Shown piece by piece: positions 22,997 through 35,300 of a stretch of 64,000 nt of DNA. The stretch is from Selaginella moellendorffii. Its lineage: Eukaryota; Plantae; Lycopodiophyta. The notes under the pieces are model-generated. The model had not been told where the DNA came from, searched no databases, and saw only the letters and a list, made by a program, of their open reading frames with translations. The stretch is taken from positions 620,001 to 684,000 of the forward strand of contig NW_003314326.1 in assembly GCF_000143415.4 (NCBI RefSeq). The letters are read 5' to 3'. The translations under genes and the position numbers were made by a program. Position 1 is the stretch's first letter. Every line of letters starts with the position of its first letter.

Positions 22997-25474
22997 ATGG
23001 CGCTCGCGCTGTTCTTCGCCCCAGATCTTCCTCCTCTGGCAGCGATCGCAGCGGCGGCAGTGGGCGGCGTAACGATCGATCCGGTTTCTAGCCTCCCTGA
23101 GGGATCCAAGCCGCAGCTAGCGCTAGAATCCGGGTAAGGGTTTAAGAAAGATTGCGCGCCGATCGTTTTTGATAGATTTCTTCCAATGCAGTGACAGGCT
23201 ACTGGGATTGAACACGCTGGTGCGATATTTCGGGCGATTGAGCTCGCTACACGGATTCTATGGCGTCGATCCGGTCACTGCTTCTCAGGTAGCCACATTC
23301 TTTGGGTCACGGCTTTAGAACACTTTTGTTCTGATCCCAGGTAGACGAATGGCTGGACTATTCACCGAAGTTTAGCGCTGGTGCCGAGTTTGAGGAGTGT
23401 TGCCACTACGTCAATTCCTATCTAGCGATGCGTACCTTCCTGGTGGGATACACTACCACTGTCGCTGATATCACGATCTGGTCATCTCTCGCTGGTAATC
23501 TTAGAAGGAAAACTTTGAGGCACTGAGGAATTTTAATCTTCCATTTTGTTGCAGGTGGAGGCAAGAGGTGGGAGAGTATGAAGAAGTCTGCAAAGTTCCC
23601 ACATCTTTCACGCTGGTATGACGCCATTTCAGTCGATCGTCCGATACTCCAGGAACTAGCTTCCAAGTACGTTGGGAGAAGGGGACTGGGAAGGCCCGTC
23701 TCTGTTGAAGCGAAGCCAGTAGCAGCCGCAGTGGCTGGAGCTCCAAAGAAAGGGAAAGCCGACGTCCAGCAGACTGAGAAGGCCCAGAAGGTCGAAGGCT
23801 CGTTCGAGATATCTTTGCCGGGTGCCGAGATGGGAAAGGTGTGCACTCGTTTTCCACCGGAGCCTAGCGGCTTTCTCCACATCGGGCATGCGAAGGCTGC
23901 GTTTCTCAACGAGTATTTCGCGCGGAAGTATGGAGGGAAGCTGATTGTTCGGTTTGACGACACGAATCCGAGCAAGGAGAAAGACGAGTTCGTGACGAAT
24001 ATAATGCAGGACCTGGAGACTCTAGAGATCAAGCCAGACGAGGTCACGTACACGTCCGACTACTTTCCCGCTCTAATGGAAATGGCGGAGAAGCTGATCA
24101 AGGAAGGGAAAGCTTATGTCGACGACACTCCCAGGGAGGTGATGCAGAAGGAAAGGATGGACGGGATCGAGTCGAAGCGTAGGAATCAGAATGTGGAAGA
24201 GAACTTGGCGTTATGGAAGGAGATGGTGGCAGGGACGAAAAGGGGCCTGAGTTGCTGCTTGAGGGGAAAACTCGACATGCAAGCACTGAACAAGACGCTG
24301 AGAGACCCTGTGTACTACCGGTGCAACCCGGAGGAACACCACAGGGTGGGCTCGAAGTACAAGGTGTATCCAACGTATGACTTCGCATGCCCGTACGTGG
24401 ACAGCACCGAAGGAGTCACTCATGCGCTTCGATCCAGCGAATATCACGACAGGAACGAGCAGTATTACAGAATCCTCGCGGACATGGGTGTAAGACCGGT
24501 CCATACGTGGGACTTCAGCCGTCTCAACTTCGTCTATACACTTCTGAGCAAGCGGAAGCTGCAGTGGTTTGTGAGCCAGGGCCTCGTGGAAGGCTGGGAC
24601 GATCCGCGCTTTCCTACAGTGCAGGGTATGCGAAGGCGTGGCCTGACTGTTGAGGCACTGCGCCGCTTCATCCTTTCACAGGTATGAAAAAATCTCTGGG
24701 AACTATTGAGTTTCAAATGATCCTCGTGTTCCTTTTCTCCAGGGCGCGTCAAAGAATCTAAACCTGATGGAGTGGGACAAGCTATGGACGATCAACAAGC
24801 AGATTATCGACCCGGTTTGCCCGAGGCACACGGCGGTCTTGAAGGATGGAAAGGTTCCACTCACTTTGCGAGACGGACCAGAGACGCCATTCATCCGGAT
24901 CATACCTCGGCACAAGAAGTTCGCGGGAGCAGGCAAGAAGGCTACCGTTTTTGCCAACACCATCTTAATCGACAAAGCCGATGCGGAAGCAATTCACGAG
25001 GGGGAGGAGGTGACACTCATGGACTGGGGAAACACCATCATCGAGAAGATCGACAGGGAGGGGGACAAAGTCACTGGCTTGTCCGGGGTGCTGCATCTCG
25101 AGGGATCGGTGAAGACCACCAAGCTCAAGCTGACATGGCTCGCGGATCATCCGGAGCTCGTGGATCTCAACCTCGTTGAGCTTGACTACCTTATCAGAAA
25201 AGAGAAGGTAATTTTTTTCCCTTGGTTTTGGCTCTGGATGAATGTTGTTTTCTTTCAGATGGAGGAGGAGGACGAGCTGCTTAATGTGTTGAACCCAGTC
25301 ACTAAAATCGAAGTGGCAGCGGTGGGCGATTCCAACATGCGAAACCTCGCCAAGGGGGAGATTATTCAGCTGGAGAGGAAGGGGTACTTCATCTGTGACG
25401 CGCCGTACGTCCGACCGACGAGTCCGATTGTGCTCATCAGCATACCAGACGGGCGCCAGCGCCCTCGACAGTAG
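22997..25474 (+). CDS. Cytosolic glutamate--tRNA ligase with GST-like N-terminal domain; multi-exon
   Basis: TRFPPEPSGFLHIGHAKA (HIGH motif), RFDDTNP, YPTYDFACP, THALRSSEY, LLSKRKL, GWDDPRFPT and QLERKGYF. Confidence 0.96.
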
Positions 25475-25862
25475 TCCAAGCACACGTAACAAACGTCAGA
25501 GTATTGGTTTACAATTGCTCACATATGGAGAAGGGAGGCTATGTCGTCAGGCAGCGATCTTGTGGTGTTGCTGGGAGCTGTTCGACGAGTAAGAGGTTCT
25601 TCCCAGGAGCGAGTCTGGGTTGGAATAGTATTTCGCTTCACAGACTGGATACGTTTTTTTGTAGTTTTTTCTTCCTTTTTTGACCACACCAGTCAATGAA
25701 GTCAAAGAAAAGTCAATGCAATGTCAATAAAGTTTCTTCAAAGATTGTTGACCTTGATTGACTAGCATTGACTTTTGCTTTGTCACCATCACCCTCGAAG
25801 TGGAACGAAGGGAGACACTTGTTTGCGAAGAGCAAATAAGGATTTCACCCTCCTCAGGATTT

Positions 25863-26959
25863 TTAAGGTTTTAGATGTGGAGATGTTCTATTAATGTGTA
25901 ACTTCGAATACTTGTGTGGGAAGGGCGGCCAGAAGCGGCCAGCAGATCTTCCCATGATGTTCTTCAAAGGAAGAGGTCCCCTGCGTTGAGCAAAGCACAC
26001 GTAAAAAGAGAAAACACCAAAAGAATGGATTTGAGCTCTCACCAGACATGCGAGTCATTGCTGAGGTTGCGATTGTCACCCAAGACGAACACACACCCCT
26101 TGGGGACTTGCTGACAAAACAAAAGCCATTCATGAGCTTGGTGTATGATTTCTTCCTTCGACTTACCCTTCGCTTCATCTCGTACTTGTGTGGTTCCAGA
26201 ATGAAGGCTTCTTCTCTGCAAGCTCCATTCACTCGCAGTGAGCCATCAGAAACCTGCGAATCAAGAGACAAGTAAAAATCATTACTTTCCACTTTGGTTT
26301 GCTCATACCTCCACGAAATCTCCAGGCATTGCAACAATCCTCTTGACAAAAACTGCTCTGGAGCCAAAATCCTGCCAGCGAACTTTTCTTTTGTCGCCTG
26401 GAAAGAAAGAAGAAAAGATCATGTACCTCGATCAGCGCAGCAGGGCCTTTGAACAAAACAATTTCGTTCACCTCTGGTTTCCTAAAACGATAAGTTACCT
26501 GCGGTAAAAAAGAAACCATCCATGAACAAACGCAAGAACAGGTGAGAGAGAATAAACACAAGAACGAAAGAGAAAGACCATGGAAAGAAAAAAAAAATGA
26601 GAAGAGAGTACCTTGTCGACAAAAATGTGATCTCCAACGTCTAGGCTGGGGAACATGGACAGCGATTGGATTCGCCTTGGCTCCGCAACCAGGCGCCTCA
26701 CAGCGAATGCCAGCAGCAGCGCCACGAGGAAACACTTGGTCTCGTCAGTCCAAAATCTTTTCATCCAAACAAAGCGCTTGCCTGGCACGGAGAAATCTTT
26801 CGCTCCATCATTGTCGTCGTCGTCGAAATGTGCCCGATCCCTCGCTGCACGACAGCGGCAGCACATACGAATCCCTCGCGATCGTACATTCCTGTCGCTG
26901 CTGTGAAGCACGGAGAGCTGGAGCTGGAGCTGCCCGCCAACACGAAATATCATCGCCAT
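25863..26959 (-). CDS. Type I signal peptidase, thylakoidal processing peptidase-like (S26); multi-exon
   Basis: Transit-peptide-like N-terminus, TM segment, catalytic Ser box IQSLSMFPSLDVGD, Lys box FVKRIVA, and GDNRNLSNDSHVWGPLP. Confidence 0.88.
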
Positions 26960-27473
26960 CGCTGCCAAGAACCCTAAAAACACGAATCTAGGGTTTGTGA
27001 GCAAGGATGAATGCCGCGGCTGCGCTCCACAAGGCGGCGAATGCGATGGCGATCATCGTGCCAGCGGCGGCCATAGCAGCCTACATCAATCTCCCAGCTC
27101 CAGAGAAGAAGGTGCCATCATCATCCAAGAAGTAAGCTCACAAATGGGGAGAAAGAGGAATTTTAGAGAATCTTTTGTGGAATCTCTCTATCAATCAAAG
27201 AATCTCTAATCAATTGCATTTGTCTATAATCTAAACTTCCGTACCAAGTGGCCACAAACTGGGAAATGTGGCCACTGTTGAAAGATACATTCTGCAAATT
27301 TGTGGCTGTGGACGCCCCGGATCAAAGCCAGCCAATAGGCAGCGCGCTCCCCTATCCGGTCAGGATTCCATCCACCTAAACAAGCTTTTCACCACTCCAT
27401 ACTATCCTTCCTCCATAGCTTAGCTTGCAAAGTTCTTTGCGAAACATACACACACCGCAAATCCCACATTGCT

Positions 27474-28594
27474 ATGGCGACTGCGGTGTGTGCTTCCTCC
27501 ACCATCGCTGTAGCACCCTCTTCAAGGTAAGCAAGAGAGAAGAAGAGATCTAAGCTCTCGTTCGTTTGTAGCAAAACGTCTAGTAGATGTGCGTACCTCT
27601 TCCCTGGATGGTTTGAAACTTCCATTCTTTTTGTGACACCAGCGCTCAAAAGAAGCCGAACGAGATCGTCTCCGCAAAGACCACCTTCCTCGCCGGGCGA
27701 CCACTGAGGAACAAGGCTCACGTCGCAAAGGCAGCCAAAGCGGTCTTCTCTGTGACAGCCGCGGCAGCGACCGAGAGACCCCTGTGGTTCCCTGGAAGCA
27801 CTCCTCCGGCCTGGTTAGACGGAAGGTCAGTGACAACTTCGATTGATAAGTATGAGAGCAAGGAACTTACCGCTTTGCTGTCATCCCTGTGATGCAGCCT
27901 GCCAGCAGACTTTGGATTCGATCCTCTCGGCCTTGGTAAGATCTCTGGAAGTGGTGTTCTGACTTGATAAGCTTGGGAACTCCTTCTCGTCAGGCTCGGA
28001 ACCGGAACTTCTCAAGTGGTTTGTCCAGTCGGAGATTGTGCACTCGAGATGGGCCATGCTTGGCGCTGCTGGAATCTTCATCCCCGAAGCTCTCACCAAG
28101 CTCGGAATTCTCAACACTCCTTTCTGGTACACTGCTGGCGAGCAGGAATACTTCACTGACCAGACCACGCTCTTCATCGTGGAGATGATTCTTCTTGGCT
28201 GGGCCGAAGGCAGGAGATGGGCCGACATACTGAAACCAGGCTCCGTCAATACGGACCCCGTCTTCCCCAACAACAAGCTCACAGGAACAGACGTGGGATA
28301 CCCCGGTGGATTCTGGTTCGATCCATTCGGCTGGGGAACTGCTTCGCCTGAAAAGCTCAAGGAACTCAGGACCAAGGAGATCAAGAATGGAAGACTTGCA
28401 ATGCTTGCCGTCATGGGTGCCTGGTTCCAAGCTGTATACACTGGTGCACGTCCGATTGACAACCTGCTGGCTCATCTCGCCGATCCTGGACATGCAACGA
28501 TCTTCTCGGTAAGAAACAAGCCAAAAGAGAGGAGAGAAAACGAAAATGCTACTCACGTCAATGTTTTGTTCTGCAGGCATTCACGAGCCAGTAA
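27474..28594 (+). CDS. LHCA2: Photosystem I chlorophyll a/b-binding protein Lhca2
   Basis: [87 protein letters not shown] and [12 protein letters not shown]. Confidence 0.93.
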
Positions 28595-28747
28595 AAAGTC
28601 TCTCTTTTGCGCGTATAACTGTATGTGCATATAGACCCCCTTCGGTTTCAATGGTGATCAAATTGCCTTTAGTTCGAACGCCATTCTTGCAAAAATGTAC
28701 ACAGCTTGTATTAGACAATATATATCCAGAATAACGAGTTGTTTCTC

Positions 28748-29721
28748 TTAGATTGTGCCGTTCATGGCTTTCATGATGGTCGCTTCGAATGATTTTGTAT
28801 CCTGGCAGTGAAAAATTAAGAACCACAATAGTCGAGAAAATTGCTTACCATTGCTCCGGAGCACGAGAACTTTCCGTTGAAGAGAAATGACGGAACCGAA
28901 TGCAAGCCCATCTTTCCCTTTGCAAGCTTATCGTCTTCGAGAACTTCGCGTTTTCCTTCTCCAGATTCCTGTTGGATAACACACAAAGATTAGAAAACAC
29001 AAGGTTTAAAAAACAAATATAAGAACTACCAGATACTCGCGAACGTTTGGCAAGCCGAGCTTTTCTCCAGCCGATTTCAGGACCTCCAAATCCGATATAT
29101 TCTGGCCTTCTTCGTAAGTCAGCGTGAAAAGAAGCTGTTCTGCCTCGGCAGCTTTGCCTACAGTGTCCGCCAACCTCACAAGCCTGAATTCAAAGGTTAA
29201 AACTGCTAGAAGTTTCTTCCCTACTTGCCTGTGTCCATGCAAAGAATTCGGCCACCACTTCCAATTCTCAAATACAGCCCCATCCTTGGCACCTGACCTG
29301 AGGTAATTTTCTATGGATTGTCACGGGCTTCGCTATCTCTGTCCAAGAGAACTTACCTTCTCAAAGAAGTAGTCCAGGAATCCGAGCCCCATCTCCTTCG
29401 ATTATAAGCCAGATACTCCTCTCCAGAGGGATTGGTGCTGTGATCAATAATGTATGGATGCCTAGAAAGAAATTTCTTCCAGTGAGATAGAATCCACAAC
29501 AAAATGCGCATCGTGGCGTACCATTTCACCGACGCAATCTTTGCCCCTCCAGCAGCCGATTCAACATTCTTTATGGCACGATCCAAGCGAACCTATCGCG
29601 AAATCCCAAAGCTCATCGGTCGAAAATCCGCGCAAACGAGCTGGATTCTTCACAATACCTTGCCGACATAGCACCATGGGCACGAAATATCGCTCCAGAC
29701 ATCGATCTGGACGGCCGGCAT
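28748..29721 (-). CDS. DsbA/FrnE-like thioredoxin-fold protein; multi-exon
   Basis: Starts MPAVQIDVWSDISCPWCYVGK (CxxC), continues through YEEGQNISDLEVL and GLHSVPSFLFNGK..SGA, and stops at 28748. Confidence 0.85.
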
Positions 29722-29818
29722 CGGCGAAGAGCCATCGCGTGGCGCCCCGGGCAGAGCCATGGACTAAAAGAACTTGGGGATATTTTTATTACCTAGAGCA
29801 AGAACCCTAATTTCTGGG

Positions 29819-31435
29819 ATGGAGAACAGGGGCATGAGGCTGCGCGTTCGTGCCGCTGGCGGTGGCGCCACACATCGCATCCAGGTACCGGCACCAGCAA
29901 GAATCTACGATCTCCGCCACGCGCTCTCCCAGATTATTGGCGTGCCGGTGGATAGCATCCGGCTCTCGCTCAACAAGCGCGACGAGATCGAGGGCGACGC
30001 GTCGGCGCCGCTGGAAGCGTATGGAATTCGCCCCGGGGATCTCCTCTACTACTTCGATCGGGAGCTAGGGTTCTCGGATTCATGCACAGTTTCAAGGGAA
30101 GTGGAAAGAAGGGAATTGTGTGCCTCGGCGGCGGATAAGCGTGCTCGAGAGCAAAAGGCTGCTCTTGCGGAAGAATCCTCGGCGACAAGGAGTAGATTTG
30201 AGGCTGTGGATCGAAATGCCGGGCAGCCATCGCCGCCACATGTCGAAGAACAACGTCGATTGGAAGAGGAGGCTGTGAATCGAGGTGCCGAGCAAGAGCA
30301 AGGATCGATAGCGATGGAGGAACGATCCATGGAAGGAGAAGAGGAGGAAGAAGTCCAGGACTCCGGGAACAAGTACTGTCACCTCATCCCAAATCTCCTC
30401 TCGAGGCTTTTGTCCGTGGAAGGCAAGAATGTGGGGAATTCGCGAGACCTCTTGATCTTGGCGGTCCACGCAGTGATGCTCGAGACTGGATTCGTGATTC
30501 TGGGCTGCCCGACAATCGCTGGAGCTTCCTCGATCAAGTATACTCTTCCTGAGCTCGGCCAGCTCAAGAACGATGAGGCCAGAGTTCTTCTCCGGTGTCA
30601 AAGCGTTGGAGAATTCATGGTGGTCTACGGCAGCGTCCAGGGATCGTCTCAGATCTTCCGCCTTAGCCTCTCCATCTCCAAGTTTCTGGGAGAAGTTCTT
30701 TTGGAAGGAGAATCAAAAGGTGGTGGTGGTGGAAGCCAGGAGCAGCAGGACCAGGCTTCTTTCTCGCTCTACAAGGACGCGTTTGCTCTCTGGAAGGAGA
30801 TCAAGGACAACCTCACGCTGCGGTTGCTGATGCTGCTGTGCGAGATCGCGGGGCTGCCACTGCCGGCGTGCTTCCAGATCCTCCCCACCGAGCTCAAGAT
30901 GAAGATCCTCGAGTTTCTTCCAGCTTTAGACGTCGCCAGGATCTCGATGGTCTCATCGGAGCTGAGATTCCTCGCCGCCAACAACGATATCTGGCGAATG
31001 AAGTTCGCGGGTGAGAGTTTCAAGCTCAAGCAAGGGGAAGCTCCGCCGGCGAGCTGGAAGGTCGCGTTTGTTCGCGAGTGGTACGCGAGGAAACGGAGAG
31101 AGCGCATCCAGGTCCTATCGCGGAGAGACGTCATCGTTCCCAGGAGGAACTTGAGGCCACACCATCCCTGGGGGATCATCGGGGGCGACTACGATGCTTA
31201 CCCGGAGATCCCATTCCTTCCGGCGCGAGGAGGGATCAATCCATTCGGGGGGCCAAGGTTTCGGCGGCCTCTCAATCCTGGATGCATTGGCCCCGCGAGC
31301 AGTGGGATTGGATCGGGAGGAGGAGCACTGCCAGAGCTCTCCCGCCCAGGTGAAAATCCTCTTCCTCTTCCTTTCTTCATGGATCACGATCATAGTGGAA
31401 ATCCTCCTTTCTTCATGGATCACGATGAGACGTAG
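29819..31435 (+). CDS. F-box protein with Ubl and PI31-like domains (SKIP22/FBXO7-like)
   Basis: MRLRVR...LSLN...GIRPGDLLY (Ubl), LILAVHAVMLETGF (PI31/FP), LPTELKMKILEFL..LDVARISMVSSELR (F-box), and GIIGGDYD followed by a Pro-rich tail. Single ORF. Confidence 0.88.
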   Translation: MENRGMRLRVRAAGGGATHRIQVPAPARIYDLRHALSQIIGVPVDSIRLSLNKRDEIEGDASAPLEAYGIRPGDLLYYFDRELGFSDSCTVSREVERRELCASAADKRAREQKAALAEESSATRSRFEAVDRNAGQPSPPHVEEQRRLEEEAVNRGAEQEQGSIAMEERSMEGEEEEEVQDSGNKYCHLIPNLLSRLLSVEGKNVGNSRDLLILAVHAVMLETGFVILGCPTIAGASSIKYTLPELGQLKNDEARVLLRCQSVGEFMVVYGSVQGSSQIFRLSLSISKFLGEVLLEGESKGGGGGSQEQQDQASFSLYKDAFALWKEIKDNLTLRLLMLLCEIAGLPLPACFQILPTELKMKILEFLPALDVARISMVSSELRFLAANNDIWRMKFAGESFKLKQGEAPPASWKVAFVREWYARKRRERIQVLSRRDVIVPRRNLRPHHPWGIIGGDYDAYPEIPFLPARGGINPFGGPRFRRPLNPGCIGPASSGIGSGGGALPELSRPGENPLPLPFFMDHDHSGNPPFFMDHDET

Positions 31436-32320
31436 AGTAACATACTTATTAGCTAAATAATAATACTATATACTGATAGTAACTGAAAGTGTCTCCCAGT
31501 GTTCTTTGTTTTAGCTGTTTTGCATCAATGTAAGATAAACTTACCAGGAATCCTTATAAGCATACAAAAAGATCTACAAGGTTAGAGGCATGAGGCTTAG
31601 GAGATTTATAACATTAGTAGGCCTTTAGCATGTCAACATGTCAAGGCCTAGTATAAGTAAGAGGTTTTGGAAACAAACACAAAATTGCATTATCGTCGTG
31701 AATAGCTAATATTTTTGCTTTTGTAGTCTAGAAATTTTTTTTTCAAATTTTGAAAACTTTTCATGTTTCAATGTCATTTTTATTAAGAGATTTACAATTT
31801 TAAACAATGCAACCTCATACAAAGTTTAACAACAAAGATTAATCTACTATATATAGAAAAATATACAAATCTCTCATTTTCATTCTTCCTCTTTGATCTC
31901 TAAAAGGCACAAGAATTGCCTAAAACCAGTACACTAACTCATAGTTTCTTTTTTTTTCCCAACAAAACTTGGACACTAGAAGTACTTGTCCTCATTGTCC
32001 ACATTCTGGAAAATGCAATTTATTTCCTTGTCACTTTTTCGAATTTCCACCAAGCCTTCCCTAGCTAGAGTTTGCTCTTCCTCATTCACTCCCTTCTCCT
32101 CTTTTCAAGTACTGCCATGATATTGGCTATTTTGTTGTCATCAATTTCAAGATCTTCCAAGTCTTCCAGCCGGATCACCGCCACAACTTCATCACTTTGT
32201 TGACCACTCTGTTTTTGGTCAACAACCCTCCTTTGACTATTGTTAATTGTTAAACCCTTTATCTTGTCTTAAATTGGAGTGCATTTGAGTTTTTTGTTTT
32301 GATATGCTATGTCTACTTTC

Positions 32321-35300
32321 TATTAGGAATCCCCCAATTCTTGCCACATTCCTGACTCTCGCCGGATTCTTGACCCATAGACCACATTCCTGACTCTCGA
32401 GACACTTCCTTATTCTCTGATTTCCCATACGATTCCTGAGTCTCAAACCACATTCCTCATGATGATGTGGCGCCTCCTCGACCTCAGCTATATTTAGGCC
32501 GTCCTCGATCCAAGAGTGGTGAAGCTTCATCAACCTATAATATATATAGGTTAGCCTTGTTCCATTTCTCCACAATCTGAATCAACACCAGTCTAAGGCT
32601 TTTTCTTCGTTTCCACTAGTTTTTCTCTTTGTCTTTTGCATTTTCTAGTCCTGATCTTGTTGGGGGTCTTGACAGTTTGATTCAAATTGTGTTTTTTGCT
32701 TTTGCTTTAGCTCGTTTTGATTGTTTGACTGCCTTTGCTTTTTTCCCCCTTTTCTTTCTTCTTTGCCGATGGAGTCTCCAAGCCATCCTGATTTCTTTGC
32801 TGAAGTCCTTGCAAAAATCCAGTCTGAGAATGTCGTGAATGTGACTTTAGGTATCGAAAGTTACTTGTCAGCTAGTCCTTACGGACACTCTTTCCTTACT
32901 GCCATGACGGCAAGAGGTCGGTATTGCTGGACCCTTTATCAGCCCCTCTTGTGCTAGTGGAGTTAACTGGGCATTTCGAGTGTACTTAGACCGGACGAGC
33001 ATAAGGACAGAATTTCTACGTGTTATTAACTAAGCATACTTAGTTCGGTAAGGAGTTCCCGTCTCGTTTTGTCTTGCACTGGCTAGTGACAAGAACCCTT
33101 GCATATTGAGACTAGTCCCTCAATATCGCTGGATGATAGCTTACCGTGTCTGCCAAACACCCTCGCTATCATGCCCTTTGTGTTAGTCTCATTTCGGTCC
33201 CAAATGCTATTTATGGAAAGTGTCTAGATTTGCTCATTTGGCATATCTATGGAATGTAGAGATTGGCCTGAACACAATGGTGTTCATCCCGTGTCCAAAT
33301 TCACAATCTAGCGCCATTCCATATTTAGTAAGTTTCGAGCTTGTCCCAGAGACTAACTCTTGATACTAAGGGAGGCTTGGGGTGAAAGCCCAAAGCGTGT
33401 GTTCCTCAGGGGGGGGGGGGGGGGCTATGGGGGGTTCCAAATGTATAGTAGGGATAGTGGGTAGGTCGGGCATGGCCGACCAACCTGAGGCATAGTCTAG
33501 CTCCCGCTTGCGTGCCTGTCTTTGTTCTATGTCTGGCTTGGGTCTAAGCCCAAGCTCCACACCATGCTAGCTGGTGGAGTACCCATGTCCTTGCATTAGG
33601 CCACCGGTATGCCAAAATAACACTAGACTCTGTTTGGCTCCGTTTTGTGTGCTAGTCCTAGCATTGGGATGCTAGTTGCTCTAGGATTGTTCCAAGTCGC
33701 TTCGGGCTCTTGTCCCTTCGCTCCTTGGGCTATATGCTCGGGAGTTGCTCCGTGGTTCGGTTCTGTCACTCCTTAGCTCCATGCTTGGGAGTTTGGCACC
33801 GTTCCTTTGTTCAGTGGCCCAAGGCCCTGAACCTCGGGTTCCGCACCACTATCCTTTGGACATGTGGTATATGACACGTGGCATGTGTCATGTGACATAA
33901 AGAGGGTTTAGGTTCTGCTTCGTGGTGTTATCCTATGGTAAATCACCATAGGATAAAAGGTCAAAACCACATGTGCTACAGAGAATACCGAGCTGAAGGC
34001 GACCCTCTTCACATGTAATAGGAGCTTGCTTCACTTTCGGCTCAAGGATCAAGTAGAGTTCCTGAATAGAAGGTGAGTTTCTTGGCGAAGTTCTCAAGCA
34101 AGCATTCGAAGCTTCATGGATTCCTGAACCAGATGGAGTTGATCTTCGCACTTCAACATCGGCGGTACCCCACTCCCGAGTCTCAAATTGGCACGATTCG
34201 AACGTTGCTTGAAGGTGCAGCTTTGTCATGGTTTTCTCCTCTCCTGGAGAAGAGCATGAAAGGGGTCATGGTTCTGGAGTTGATGGATCTTTAGTTGTTG
34301 AAAGAGAAGCTTGAAGCATGTTTTGGCGAAACGGATTGGGTTCGGGCTACCACCACAAAGATGAGACATCTCTCTTAGGGGTCTTGTCCTACCTCGATCT
34401 ATGCTGTGGAGTTCTAACTCCTTGCCTTGGACACTCAGTAGGATGAGTGGGCCTTGATTGATCAATTTCATTTTGGCCTCAACAATGGTGTCAAGGATTT
34501 GTTACTCACCATGGAGGATCCCATGGATCTATCAGATGCCATCAACAAAACTGTTTGATGTGACAATTGCCTCTTTGAACGTTGTCAGGAAAGTCACCGT
34601 GCCGCCATTTTCCTGTCCCAGACTCAGGAATCCTAGCTTGAGTCTTCGGGGCATACTCTTGAACCTACTGCTCCGGTCCCGATAGGTATTTCTGGTACTC
34701 CCCGACTCATCAGAGGGAAGTTGAGTCCTGTTGAAAAGCAACATCGAGTATCTCATAATCTTTGCCTCTACTGTGCTGATCTTAATCACAAAGTAGTTGT
34801 GTGTCCCAAGAAGCCTCCCCAACTGCTTGAGTTCACTCTGCCTCAAGGTCCACCTCTGTTGCAGTTGGGAAACAACCCTATCTAAATAGAGTAGGAGCTG
34901 TTTGTTTGGACTCCTCAAATAAAAATCACTTTCCTTTTTTATCAAGCTTCTCACCACCTTTCATCAAAGCCACCACCAATTCCCGCAACCTCCGCATCCC
35001 ATGTCTCCTTTCTTTCATCGGACAATCAGGACTCAAGGCTCTGGTGCTACTAGACTTGGGTGCAACTTTCTGCTTCATGGACATAAACTTTGCTGCCTGA
35101 CATCACGTTCTTCTCTTTCCTACCATACAGGATCTGAGGGTTGAAGGCCTTAGATTTTGTGTTTCCATCTTCTGGACTTAGGGAAATGTTGCCCGTTCGA
35201 GTACACATCGGGTCCACCATCACCGATATCGCCTTCAACATCATCAATAACAAGTCCTCCTCTTTGGTGCTCAGCCTTCCTTGGTTCCAACTACACCAGC

